From Malacoraja senta (Eukaryota), in contig CM075988.1 of NCBI GenBank assembly GCA_038087875.1, positions 13,330,001 through 13,394,000 of the forward strand: DNA of 64,000 nt. Direction: 5' to 3'. The notes beneath the pieces were generated by a model. It made no database searches. It saw nothing but the letters and a program-made list of their open reading frames with translations, and had not been told where the DNA came from. Positions 12,709-26,000 of the stretch are shown in pieces. The translations under genes and the position numbers were made by a program. Position 1 is the first letter of the stretch; each line of letters starts with the position of its first letter.

Positions 12709-13231
12709 AACCATACTTGATCCTGACTAAGAACCTGAGAAGGGATCACACAAAGTGTAAAAGCACAACTGACAGTGGAACAGTTTGTAGTTGCATCCAT
12801 ATAATTTCAAAGGGGAAATATCTGCCAGGTAACATCCCAAAGTTTGTGCAGCAGCTGTATCTACAAATGTATTTTTTCTCTCGCTGCACACTGTTGTAAT
12901 ATGGAATGTGAATGAATCAACTCAGCAAGACGGACCATCTGCTTCTATTTTCATTCTATTTCATTGAATTTCAGTATTTTGCTTTTATATCAGTGTCACA
13001 CATAAAAATGTGAAACATTCCACAATAAAACATCATCGTCAGTTAAATGTGGGGAAACACTTGTGCTTTTCAGTATTTTCTATATACTGGCAAATACTAA
13101 TCTTCCCAGTCTTTGCTAAACTAAATTCTGTATACATGTATATGCAGAGAGTTGTGTGACGCTTGAGTAGGTATTGAGATGTTAAGAGATAAAAGGTGGT
13201 ATTTGGTGGCAAGTGAGATGAGGAATTTCTT

Positions 13232-13465
13232 TCCACAAAACACAAAGTGCTGGAGTAACTCATTGGGACAGGCAGCATATGTGGAGGGAATGGACAGCAA
13301 TGTTTTGGATGGGGATTCTTTCGCAGACTGAAATGAGAGTATAGAATGGTCTCAACCCAAAACGCCGCCAGTCCATTCCATCCGCAGATGCTACCTGACC
13401 CGTTAAGTTCCTCCAGCACTGTGTGTTTTGCAGAAAATTCCTGTATCTACAGTTCCTTGTGTCTC
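13232..13465. mobile_element. Older fold-back Penelope-derived element
   Basis: Diverged inverted arms (aaaacacaaagtgctggagtaactc ... aagttcctccagcactgtgtgtttt). Confidence 0.65.
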
Positions 13466-15789
13466 CAAGTCCAATCCACAGTCATGTTTCTCTAACAATA
13501 AATATGTTAGTGTGCTGCAAAGACTCAAAATGAGATTATAAGAAAGAATAGAGAATCCTGTAAAGTGATCGGCAGTGCAGTGAAAATGACATGGTTACAA
13601 AGTCTTTCTTTCGACTTCATCACAAGAAAGCTGCGGAAATGGTTTGCGATAAACTAAAATAAAACACTTAATTTCTCAAACATAATGATCAAATGTAAAT
13701 GATTCCATCTTCAAATTCGCAGTTAAGATTGATGAGTTAAATCCAAACACCATGTTGGACATGTTCTAAGTCATGGATTCTCACTCCAACAGCTGTACGC
13801 ATTTCCACAGCGCACAACATCTGCATGTTTCTCTTGAAACAACCCGACTCTACCAAAAAAGTTAATGTCCATGTTAAATCTTCTCATAAATTTAAGGTTA
13901 TAACACAGCATGGCTACTGTAATTAGTGTCATTTTAATGACTGGGCATAACCTTGAACAAAGGATTGTTGTTGATTTTTGCCAGCTTTACAAATTCACAA
14001 CAGAGCTATGAACTTAACATGACACCATCCAGAGAGTTCATTTTCACTCTGGTAATTATTTAACAGTTGTCATGCTAGAGTATAGAAGGAAATAGATTAT
14101 TGATATTGGCTTTACGAACTATGAAGATCAGCTGCATAATCAGAGAAACGCTCGCTCCACTCCCTTCCATGATTGCCAACTCTAAGTGTATGCAATGAAT
14201 ACGAATCAAACTATCATAGTTTGAAAAATAATGCAACACTAATGGTACAATTAGTTCTCCATTACTGATTGTGATTACAGCTTTAATATCTAAAATCATT
14301 TTGATCTCGTAGTAATGGATAAGACAGCTTTAGAGGGAGATGAGCCAAATGCAGGCAGGTGGGACTAGTGTAGATGGGACATGTTGGATGATGTGAGCAA
14401 GTTGGACCGAAGGGCCTGTTTCCACGCTGTATGACTCTATGACTCTAGTATAACATATATATAAAATGCAAGCACATAGCTATTTAATGGACCATATGCA
14501 GATGACTAAATTTGCCATTATATTCAAGGAATTAAGAATGTTTCCATTTTAATTCATGGTATGACATCTTGGCCTAATATTTATAATTCCCCACATAACT
14601 ACAGCATCTTCAAAATATTATACAATATCATAAGCTTTTTAGAGTGTTGATAAAAGGAGCCTTAAAGAGAAAAAGGCTCTAACCTTCAACCATACACATA
14701 ACCATGGTTCTAAATTAAATTTAATATTCAAACCTATTTAGTGATAATAAGCCTCAGACTTGGGCATTTTCTCACTCCAATGAGAATTACTGCTGCCCAA
14801 TACTCAGCACCTGGATCAAAAGTTAATTTTCAAAATAGATCACTCGTAACTAAAAAAAATGTTCCTGTTCTTTAACTCCACATACGTGATGCACTTGCAC
14901 AATACAAGTTTATTTGCATCGCATAATGCAGCACAGATTATCTGTTTCTGTTTTATTCGGTGTTTGCAAAACCTTTTTGTCTTTGTGTAACCGTAATTGA
15001 TATTTTCTAGTAAGTAATACCGACTCCTTTCAATGGAACTGCAGCCTCAGTAGGAATCAACTGCATTTAGCAAGTAGTTCTATTGTTCACATTCTAATGT
15101 ATGAAGCCTCTCTTGTCCCTGCCTCATCTCCATGTCTATTCAGCTGACAATTAGTGTCCATTTGTGTCTTTACTGAAATAAGGAACAAGGACATCTGTGT
15201 CCAATTACTAATGGTGTTATCAAAACATGCCAAACTCGACATGATTTGTCCAATTTGCTGCTTATTTACAGGATTAATATATATCTTTATGGCTTTTATA
15301 TGTAACCTTTGAATAAATTTCCCTCTTGAATCTGCACAATTTGATTGCTGTGCATTTTGGAAGCACCTTACCAAAACATTTGCAAACCAAGTACCTAAAA
15401 TGTGCAATGCTTAAATTAAGTTCAATCTCTAAATTAAGTTCAACATCTATTTTTCCACTAGTCACCAAATGAATGAATTAAATTTAAATTACAAGTATAA
15501 ATGCAAGCAATAATTGCTCAGAGTGTGCCTGGGATGCCAATGCAAAGAAATAATGTTTTACATGATAATTACAATTAAAAATGAGGATATGTAAATAGCA
15601 AAGCATTGGCATTTAATAAACTGATTTCCAATATCCAAAGTGTTATCTCATTTTCATCAAGCCAATCAGTTATCAGTCAAGATGAGGTTCACTGTTCACT
15701 TTTTATTTCTATAAATATTATTTTAACAATAGAAGCAGCTCCATGAAAGAAGGGTCCCAACCATCGGTGACAAAATCACGTATGAATCA

Positions 15790-17260
15790 TCCCCAACCCA
15801 AATCCCTGATCAGATATTCCTTGAGCAACAATACGGTTTCCGTGGAGGTAGATCCACAGTAGCCAGGATCTTCTCTCTGCGTTACATCCAAGAAAAATGC
15901 AGAAGCAGCAAACCCCATTCTACATCTTACAAAAGCTATCAATTCTGTCAGCGGACACAGCCTCTACCATATACTGAAGTAGATTGAATGTCCACCACAT
16001 CTTCTAAACCTCAATCAGTCCTTCCATGAGAAAATGCATGGTACAGAGCAATTTGCCGCTACATCGGACAGTTTCCCCATGAGAAGTGGAGTGAAGCAAG
16101 ACTGTGTCCTAGCTCCTACTCTGTTTGGCATCTTCCTATCTGCCTTTCTGTCCTTTGCCTCCCCAACAAGCATGGAGGTAGTGATGGGAAACTCTTCAAA
16201 CACGGACGGTTGGAAGCCAAGATGAAGGTGAGAACTGTGCTTATAAGGCGACTCCTGTAGGCTGATGATGCTGCACTCACCGTCCCAATGGAAGGAGACT
16301 TCAGAGGTTTATGGACAGACTGTCTCATGATTGCAATGACTATCAACTGACAATCAGCGTCAAGAAGACTGTTGTTATGGGTCAGGACACTCCACTCCCC
16401 CTTGAAATCATGTTATATATCACTCCGCTGGAAACTGTCAACAGATTCACCTACCCGAGTTCAGTGGTGACTGATACCGTCTCTGGATGAGGAAATCGAA
16501 TCACATCTACAGAGGAAAGGCAGCAACCACCTAAGGGAGGCTAATCAAGTGGGCATGGAAGAACAGGAAACGCACAATCAAGACCAAGGTAACTGTCTAC
16601 AAACCAAGCATCTTGAACACATTACTTACAGCAGTGATGCTTTAGGCAACTTACTTACATCAAGAACGGAAATGTAATAAGTTAAATTTTCACTGTCCTC
16701 GTAGCATCTTGGGAATTTCTTGGCAGGATAAATCACCCTTCTTCCTGACAAACATGCCTAGTATCCCTGCGATCCTCAAGCAAATGCATCTTCACTAGCT
16801 TGGACACATACACAGGATGGAAAATGGAAGCATCCCCAAAGATGTGCTATACAGGGAGGTCCCTAATGCACGGAAACCAAGAGGATAAGGATATGACTAA
16901 AAAAGACACATAACAGATTTTAACATTGGCACTGACAACTGGGAAGCATCTACTGAGGACCAGGGGAGGTGGAGTAAGGACCTCCTGGTGGGTCTGATGC
17001 ACCACAACAGCATATGGTTCAAGACCCTGGAGGCCAGGCACCAACGCCACAAAATAGTCACTGATAACAGCAACACACTCCCCAATCCAATGGCCAGAGA
17101 CAACTTCACCTGTGGGTGGTGTGGGAGGGTCTGCCTGCCAAGGATAGGTCTAGTCAGCCACAGCAGGAAACGCAACTAGAGATGAAACATTCCCCTCTCC
17201 AAGCAGAACAATGTCAAAGCCTCGCCATCATCTCTCATAGAATGAGGCTGCCAAACATTT
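15790..17260 (+). mobile_element. Degenerate RTE-clade LINE (RT through 3' end)
   Basis: FPMRSGVKQDCVLAPTLFGIF, decayed LL(Y)ADD (ctgtaggctgatgat near 16255), C-terminal FTCGWCGRVCLPRIGLVSH zinc-finger-like motif; many stops and frameshifts. Confidence 0.85.
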
Positions 17261-17289
17261 TAACAATAGAAACACCTCCATCAAGAAGG

Positions 17290-17702
17290 AATACAAGCCA
17301 AAACATCACCTATGCATGTTCTCCAGAGATGCTGCGTGCCCCGTGGAGTTACTCCAGCACTTTGTGTCCCTTTTTAATGTAAACCAGCATCTGCAGTCCT
17401 TCGTATCTCCATTTTTTTTAACCAGATTTTTAAATCACTCATCACAATCCTATTTTACCCCCTGTGTGCGAGCAGTCTCATATCCGAGTCAAAAAATGCT
17501 TTCCGCAGAGACCGTTCCCTCCGCAACTCCCTGGTCAACTCGTCCCTTCCCACCCAAATCACCCCCTCCACAGGTAATTTCCCCTGCAACCACAGGAGAT
17601 GCAACACCTGTTCTTATAGCTTCCCCCCTCGACTCCGTCCAAGGACCCCGACAGTCTTTTCTGGTGAGGCAGAGGTTCACTTGCACCTCGTCCAACCTCA
17701 AA
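17290..17702 (+). mobile_element. Penelope-like fragments (terminal repeat plus pre-GIY-YIG segment)
   Basis: QGPRQSFLVRQRFTCTSSNL matches the sequence at positions 1-50; terminal repeat at about 17300-17410. Confidence 0.7.
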
Positions 17703-19029
17703 ACATAATCCAGCTCAGAAGACTGTGGACTTGGCATGGTCACACAATACCGAGAGAGTATCAGCTCCACTGTCAAGCATTCTGTTTTCTGATGTGATAT
17801 TAATAGAGATCCTGCCTGCCCTTTCAGGGGAACATAAATGATCCTCTGGCATTATGTTGTAAAAAAGCACACTCAAGTTAGTTGAGTGTTAGTTTTGTAA
17901 AAAAAAAAGAACACTCAACTAACATTACTGATTATCTGATCATAATCAATATGCTATTTTGTTCTGTGTGAGTTTGATGTTCACAAAATGTCACTTCATT
18001 ACAATCATCACTGCATTTCAAAGGTAAATTGGAGGTGGTCCCCTGAAATTTAGAAGGACATTCTATAAAAATATCTTTCTTTTCATAATAAATACAAAAC
18101 TAAAAGCTCCGGGCATTTCATGGATTATTCAACAATGCCAACATACATCTCAGAAAATGTTCACAAACCAAACTGAGACGGTTTTCTTCCTTTTTCCTTC
18201 ATTTCTATTGAATAGAACTGTTCACCACCTTCTCTCATTTAGCAGGATCTCTTTCCTTTACCTCCAGCCTCTCTTCCCCTCATGATATTCTTTTCCCATT
18301 GTTTATCATGGAAAACATAAAACAATATAGCACAGGAACAGGCCCTTCAGCCCACAGTGTCGGTGCCGAACATGATGCCTAGTTAAACTAATCTCCTCTG
18401 CCAGCACGTGATTCATATCCTTCCATTCCCTGCATCCATCTGCTTCTCTAAAAGCCTCTTAAATGCGTCTATTTTATCTGCCTTCACATACAACCATTCC
18501 AGGCACCCACCATTCTGTGCATACCCAGCACATCTCCTTTAAAGTATGTGCAGTGTGTGTGTTTAACTCCTGCACTTTATTGTTCCTCTACTCCCAGGCT
18601 CACTTTAGAAATAGATAAAGTTTGTGTTGGAAAATATGTTATATTTTCCCAATTGATTGGAGCAAGAGTTATCTGGCACCTTTTAGAAACTATAATTCAT
18701 TACCAGGTTCAAGATCCATTTATATTGGTATTGCATCAGGCTCTAAGCTACACTTTTGAGGGATGTGGGGTGTTGAAGAGTAAAATTCTATTTTAACAAT
18801 AACAAAATTACAATGATTCCATATTTACTATAAGCATCTGTGAATGGTCCTGTGTGTATACCTCACTATAAATAGTTTATATAATTAAATGAATTTAGAA
18901 GTTTATTTTAGATCCTGGCTTGCATTTTATGAATATTCTTCAATATAATTATCTGCTCATTCTTATTGATGGCACCAATGTTGCTGATTGCAGCAGATTC
19001 CCAAAAGCTGGAAAGAGAGAATCGTGAAA

Positions 19030-20092
19030 GGCACAAGAGATTACAGATGTTGGAATCCAGAGCAAAAAACAAGTGTGGGAGAAACTTAGCAGGTCTGGCA
19101 GCATCTGTGGAGGGAAATGGACACACGCTGTTTCAGGTTGGGACCCCTCTTCAGCTCAATGGATTAGAGGGGAGAAAGCTGGTAAAGAGAGGTAGGGTAT
19201 GGCAAACCTATTTCACTATCCCACTGCAAATCATCCCTCCTCGCCTGCATGGGTACGTATGGTAAGTGATTGGTAGGTACAGATGAGGAGCGGTGACTGT
19301 CTAGATGGCGGGAAATATTAGCAAATTATAGAAGTGAAATGGAGACAAAAGGATGCAAGGAAGAAAGGAAGAAGAGGAGTGAAACGTAAAGGTGGAGGGA
19401 AGGGATATGTGTGGAAGGGTTTGGGAGTAGGGGAAAGAGGGTGCAGATAAGGGGATTGGAGGATAGAGTAGGGAATGGTGGGAGATCAATGGACGGAGAA
19501 TGGGCAAGGAACAAAGTGACTAGGCGAGTGGCAGATACGTGTGCATGGGGTGGTGGGGGGGGAGATGAGAAGAGAGAGGTCATGAAAAATACTTTAAATT
19601 GGATAATTCATTGTTCATGCCATTGGATTGTAGGTTATCCAAGCAGGATAGTTCAGAAGTTCATGTTATAGGAGTAGAATTAGGCCATTTGGCCCATCAA
19701 GCCTACTCTGCCATTCAATCATGGCTGATCTATCTTTTCCTCTCAACTATCTTTCTCTGCCTTCTCCCCATAACCCCTGCCACACGTACTAATCAAGAAT
19801 CTGTAAATCTCAGATTGAGCTTTATTCTTCCAGTTGATCTTCCAGTTTGCGTGTGCCCTCACTCTGGCAGCAGAGGAGGCCAATGGACAGACAGGTTGGT
19901 ATGGGAAGGGGAAGGGGAGCTAAAATGGTTAGCAACCAGGAGCCCCGGAAGGCCTTGGCCAACAGAGCTCAAGTGTTGAACAAAATGGTTGCCTAGTCTA
20001 TGCTTAGTATCACTGATGTAGAGGTGGTCACGTCAGGAGCACTGAATGCAATAGATGAGCCTGGAATCAATGCAAGTGAAGCTCTGCCTCAC
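19030..20092 (-). mobile_element. Old Penelope-like element 3' portion with nested CR1 tail (about 19655-19810)
   Basis: Terminal repeat at about 19030-19155, purine-rich spacer, diverged GIY-YIG segment at about 19820-20090. Confidence 0.65.
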
Positions 20093-20339
20093 TAAGAGAG
20101 AATCTATGCTGCAGGCCACAGTTAGTTATTATGGATCGACTTCAACAAAGTCAATGGAGAGTACCAGTTTTTAGATTCAAACTAGAAATATAATGTGTTG
20201 ATTGCAATGGTTTTGCATGACATTATGAAATGGCAACATGAGCAATATTTCCAAAGCATATACTCCATTTTATCTGCAATTGGACAATGAACGTGTTTGA
20301 ATGTGAAATTTGCACCCGTCATCTACTTCTCAATACTCA

Positions 20340-20593
20340 ATGTCACTGTGTATTCAGCAAATTCCTGCCTTTACAAACCCAGCTCTCGCTAATCGTCTGT
20401 TTTATGTAACTTATTGTCGTGGACACAATCGTTTCATGTGATGCATTTCTCTATGTTTATTTTTCTAGCTCAACTGACAACGTTCTGCTGAGGAGTATTT
20501 CCACAAACCCGCCTGTTCTGGGTTTGTGCTATCTGGCTGTGCGGTTGCAGAATTGTGTCAGAGACCAGGTCAACACAAGTGGCAGAACTACAG
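20340..20593 (+). promoter_or_regulatory. Candidate LIM2 promoter and non-coding first exon
   Basis: The first coding exon begins at a splice acceptor, so a 5' exon is needed. Strong donor CAG|gtagga at 20593/20594. Maf half-site-like motifs (tcagcaaatt at 20354, tgctgag near 20487) lie upstream. Inference only. Confidence 0.35.
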
Positions 20594-22596
20594 GTAGGAG
20601 CGTTTCTTGCATTTTCAAATTAAGTTAATGACATAGAATATACTGTTTTTAAGTATAGATTTAGAATGTCATTTATTTTTTTCCAATCTTTTGAATGGCA
20701 AAGAAAATATTTAAAATCTGAATGTACCATTTAACCTTGATCCTGTCACGCGCACATATCCAGAACACCATAACAACTCAAGTATAACATTGGGGCAAGA
20801 TATATGTAACACATAGTGCTATTACTGCAATCTACATACCTGCAGTTGCAAGAATGATATCTTTAAACCCATCTGTGTAATACTGCCAAAAAAAATCTAT
20901 TTAAGAAAAAGTTGTACATTTACTCTGCCCTGTTCAACATATCTCTATTGAATGCTGAGGATGATACATAATGTTTCAAAATGTCATTACATAGTCATGT
21001 AATTACTGCAGCACAAAAGGAGCCCTTTGGCCTGATATAATCTTCAGAATGCAATAGAGCTATAATCTGTTTAATGAAGATTGATTATTGATTGTTCTAA
21101 TGTCTGTTCTTTGAAACTTATGGTCAAAATGTTTCAGCCATTTACTGCGCTTCCAAAAATACTTTAAAAACATCAAACATTACAAAAAAGCATATTTACT
21201 GTATTACTGGAGCAAACGTGCTCTGTAACATGGAGTAATGAGGTGTAATGGAGTGAATTTATTTTAATCAATATTTTTTAGAAAGTAACAGGTCAATCAA
21301 GTTGATCCATAGTTATTATATTACTTTAAATGTCAGAATGACATCACTTCTCTATCATTGTTTATTGATGTCTGGCATAAACTTCACAAAAGTTCTGCAA
21401 ATTATTATGTCTACCTTTCATTTTCCTGTGGAAAATGTCTTCGTCATTATCCTAAATATATTAGTGTACTCTTGGTGACCTCTTTAAAACTTCTGTTTGG
21501 AGGAGAAATTGGAATCCCTTCCTGTGAAAAGAAGTTAAAAAGTGGATATAAAATTAGAGTTTTTTGATGACTAAAGCTAGATCAATTGACATGGGGCTAA
21601 AAAAAAAAGGAAGCCTACGACAGTTTAAGATTCATGTTATGGTCGAATACCTATCTGAATTTTGAGGATACGAAGGTAATGAGGCGAACCGTGCGTAACA
21701 TACAACACTTTTGTGGCATTTGTGAGGATGCATAGGTCAAAAGGAGTTTGCAGAAGAGATTTAATGGACCAACTCCACAAAGAAGTGGAGAAGATGGGTT
21801 GTTCTTGTAAGATGAAGTTTGAGAAAGGTGTTCAATTATCTAAGCACTTTTGCTGATTGAGGTGCAAGTCCTTCTACTTATTGAGGTCAGTAACAGGGAA
21901 AGCATTTTTGAGTTGATTGGCAAATGAACCAGAAGGGCTACGATGATACTTCATTTCACACACTAAATTACGATGCACTACATGAAAGGATGGTGGAAAA
22001 CAGAGACAAGCGAATGGACTAAATATCTTTAAAGAACAAAATAACAGAACTATGGGTAAAGATTAAGGAAAATTAAATTAAATGGAAAGATCTATCAAAG
22101 AACCACCATGAGCATTATATTTGATTGCGACAATCTGATCTCTTACATTTTGGAATTTCATTCAATTTCCATTGGGAAGGACTTTTGAGATTTTGTACAG
22201 GCCTTTAATTATATAAAGGATGCTTCCCGAAGTACAATATTGTTTATTCAATTCATTCAACCCAAGATGTTTCAGCTGAAGTTCATAGTGTTTCCCCAAG
22301 TAACTTGAGGGAAGGCATTTAAGTTAAAGCTATGAAATAGGCGATTTGCCTCAATCCATTCCATGGTCACCTATCTGCCGAAGCAGCATGGAGATGCACC
22401 TACAGATGTTTCAGAAAGACCTGACCTGGAGTACAGTTGTAGTTATTATGAGCCCACAACAGCCAGAGGAATCACCAACACCTGCAGGACAGAGTTACTG
22501 CCATGCATGTGATAACAAATGGCCATAGAAATGTCAAGGCCAATATGTCCTTTGAAATTCATTGAAAACTTTCCACACATTAACAATCAATTCTTG

Positions 22597-22706
22597 TGGC
22601 TATGTGATTAAGTCTGAAGAAGGGTTTCGGCCCGAAACGTTGCCTATTTCCTTCGCTCCATAGATGCTGCTGCACCCGCTGAGTTTCTCCAGCATTTTTG
22701 TGTACC
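22597..22706 (+). mobile_element. Single-arm Penelope-derived element with 15-bp flanking duplication
   Basis: aacaatcaattcttg at 22582-22596 and 22707-22721; hammerhead-like core at 22614-22641. Confidence 0.75.
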
Positions 22707-22914
22707 AACAATCAATTCTTGGTCAGAAAATGAGGAAATCAAGAATATATTCCATATGATCCAGAACAACTTTCTTTTAAACATATATTGTTGTATAAAG
22801 CACTCAGTTTTACAAATAGATTTTGATTTATTAGTGAGTGTTGGAGCTCAAAGTATCTGAAATGAATAATACCTTCTTTGTGTGTTTCTTTCTACAGATT
22901 GTATCTCCAGGAAG

Positions 22915-23089
22915 ATGTACAGTTTTATGGGTGGAGGTTTGTTCTGTGCTGGTGTAGGCAACATCCTGCTTGTTGTTTCCACAGCAACAGATTATTGGAT
23001 GCAGTATCGCCGTTCTGGCAATTTTATGCACCAGGGCCTGTGGAGATATTGTGTGCCAGGAAAATGCTACCTGCACACTGACAGTGTTG
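22915..23089 (+). CDS. LIM2: LIM2 coding exon 1
   Basis: ATG at 22915 follows a pyrimidine-rich acceptor (ttctttctacag, ending 22897); donor G|gtaagg at 23089/23090. Confidence 0.95.
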
Positions 23090-26000
23090 GTAAGGAAATC
23101 AAATGAAGGCTTTGTTGCAGTTCATAATAACAACGAGGAACTGAATGGTTTAATATGGCCGAGCAGTGATTTGCCAATGTGTGTTGGAAGGAACTGCAGA
23201 TGCTGGTTTATACCGAGGATAGACACAAAATGCTGGGGCAACTCAGCGGGTCAGGCAGCGTCTGTGAAGAAAAGGAATAGGTGACGTTTCCAAGTCTGAA
23301 GAAAGATTCCAGCCAGAAATGTTACCTATTCCTTTTTTGTCCAGAGATGCTGCCTGACCTGCTGAGTTACTCCAGCAATTTGTGTCTATCTTCAGTGATT
23401 TGCCAATGGTCCAGTTGACAATGCCAGAACCCAGAATCATCTCTCAATAGTACTTTATTGTCATGTGTACTCGGGGTGGAAGATTGGAACCTTCACGTGG
23501 TCCGCCCTGTTTCGACGAATGCAATCAACCTGGCGTGCACAATCAAATAAGATCAAATAGAACAAGTTGTCCTACAACTTTAGGCTGTGCACGCCATATG
23601 CAAGAAGAAGAAGTCATGTGTACCCAAGTGCAGTGAAATTCTTGTTTTGCATACAGTTCAGTGACAATCCTACTATGACTTCAGCACAATCATACTGATA
23701 TAAGAAAGTAAGATAGCAGTCCACACTGAGTGTACACAAGAATACACACCATCTTGTACGCTTTAGGTCAAAATTGTTTTATTAAATATTAGTCTCAACT
23801 TGACCACAAAGTCCCATTGCCCTCAATACAGTTCCTAAATTCGGCTGGCTGAGCTGATCATACACGAGTCAGTAATTTAGGTTTTATTTTCAAAAAGTTA
23901 TTGAAAGGCAGCCCCCGAATAAGAGGTGTAATTAACAAGTGAGAGAAAGCACAAGCATTTAGAAACACCAACACATGAGCAACAAAAGAGTTTGGAAGAT
24001 AAAAAAATACCTCAATACTGATGAGCGCTCACAGAGATGGCACTCGGTAATGCACAGATAGAGGAAAACCACAGTGGAAAATTAATAGTTTAAGGCAAGC
24101 ACAAAGAGAAGCAGAAGCAGAAACCCTGGTTCGATCCTGATCATAGTTGTACGTTCTCCGCATGGATTTTTCTGGGTGCACTGGTTTACTCCCACATTCC
24201 AAAGATGTGCAGGTTTGTAGGTTAACTTCCTCCCACATGCCAAAGCCATGTTGACTGTTAGTCTAAGTTGCTGCTATAAATTATTGCTGGCGTTGGCGGG
24301 TGGTAGGAAAATCAGGGGTTAATGAGCATGTGTGAGAAATCAGGTTACAATGTGGGCTTGGTAATAATGGGAATATTCCAAGTGCTGGCGTAGACTCGCT
24401 GGGCCAAATAGCCTCCTCCTTTGTCATAAAGGAAAAATAAACATAAAATTATATCATCTCTAATGTAGATTATAACAGTTTAAGGACTGAAAGTACACAA
24501 ATATTAATATTATTATCCACAAGCTAGTAGAATAATGGAAAAATGTTAGTATTACCTTTTAGCTTATTTTAATACATGGAAAATACATCGAGCATATACC
24601 AAATAAACAATTTACATAGCAAAATCACTTTATTCAGCTTATGATAAAAGCCATAATAATAAATTAGTAAACTTGTATCCCCACATTTATGGCATTCTGG
24701 AGAAATAAATCACCTGTAAATTATGCTTAGAATAGACAGCCACTTGTTCTGCAATGGTGCTTGGTGCAGTCAAGGACTCTTAAATTTCCATCAACATAAA
24801 TGCAACAAATTGAAGCATTGGTATTAACAGGAATGCCTTGCTCTTGCTGTCTATCCTGTGAGAGGCACACAATAGTGTCTGTATGATAGGTTTTCTCATC
24901 TGAACAGCAAAGGTTACGAACGTACCTAACGTTTGGATAAGGGAAGAGGAGATGACTGAATTTATTTGAAGCCAAAATGGGAAAGGAATGCTGTATTTCT
25001 CATTTGTCCTTTATTCCCCTTCCCCTTTTGTAACAACAGAAATTAAATTGTCTTTTTGCTGGCATATAATTTTAACATGCATCTCTTTTTATTCCAGCCT
25101 ACTGGGATGCCACTCGAGTATTCATGATCCTCTCCTTGTTGGCATGCTTCATTGGCATCATTATTGGCTTCCTGGCATTCATGCAATACTCTTCCTTCAC
25201 CAAATTTGACAGAACCTTTGCCGCAGGAATCTTGTACTTTATTTCATGTAAGTCTTAAGAATGATTTCAACTATTCCACTACTTTATTTCCCTAAATGTC
25301 TTTCCTCTTGTGACCATAGTTATGTACTTTTTATTCCCGCAGGTTTATTTGTGTTGCTTGCCATGGCTATTTATACAGCTGTCACGATAAATTCTTACGG
25401 TAAGCGTTATGGCGATTGGCGCTTCTCCTGGTCCTACATCATTGGATGGGTGGCTGTGGTGCTCACATTCTTTGCAGGTAAAATATTGTGTGAAACAAGT
25501 GAATTCTTTCCTGATCTTTGTAGTATTTGTTATGATACAATGGGCATTTCCATTGGTTAGCACATTTCATGCAAGAAAATGGCAGGTTACGGTTGTTAGT
25601 TGTGACTGCAGTGGCAAAGATTTTCAAACATGTACTGTAATGGTGAATGCTGACAAATGATTTCTCCTACGAAGGCCATCACTGCCACATCTAATCACCT
25701 TCTCATCAATACAAACAAACACATGCATACACACTGCAGGAGAGTAATTAGGAGCAGGGACTCGGTAATCTTTCTTCCCCCAAGCACAGAGGGGCTAAGA
25801 TCAATTATGATGAGCCAGCAGAGATAAATCAGCTTAATAAAAATTGATGCTGCAGTGTTCCTAATGTGTATTGCTCAGTTGGGTCCAGGTAGATTAGCTG
25901 GCAAAGTATTTAGAAAAATGATTCCATCAGATTGCCATTTTCAAACAAATATAAATACATTTTACTACGGATTTAGCTTTCCTATCCTGCTATTTTTTAG

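Noticed and set aside
22882-22914. N-terminal extension of LIM2 in the ORF track
   Set aside because: It starts at a non-ATG codon inside the acceptor tract; the conserved start is MYSFMGGG at 22915.
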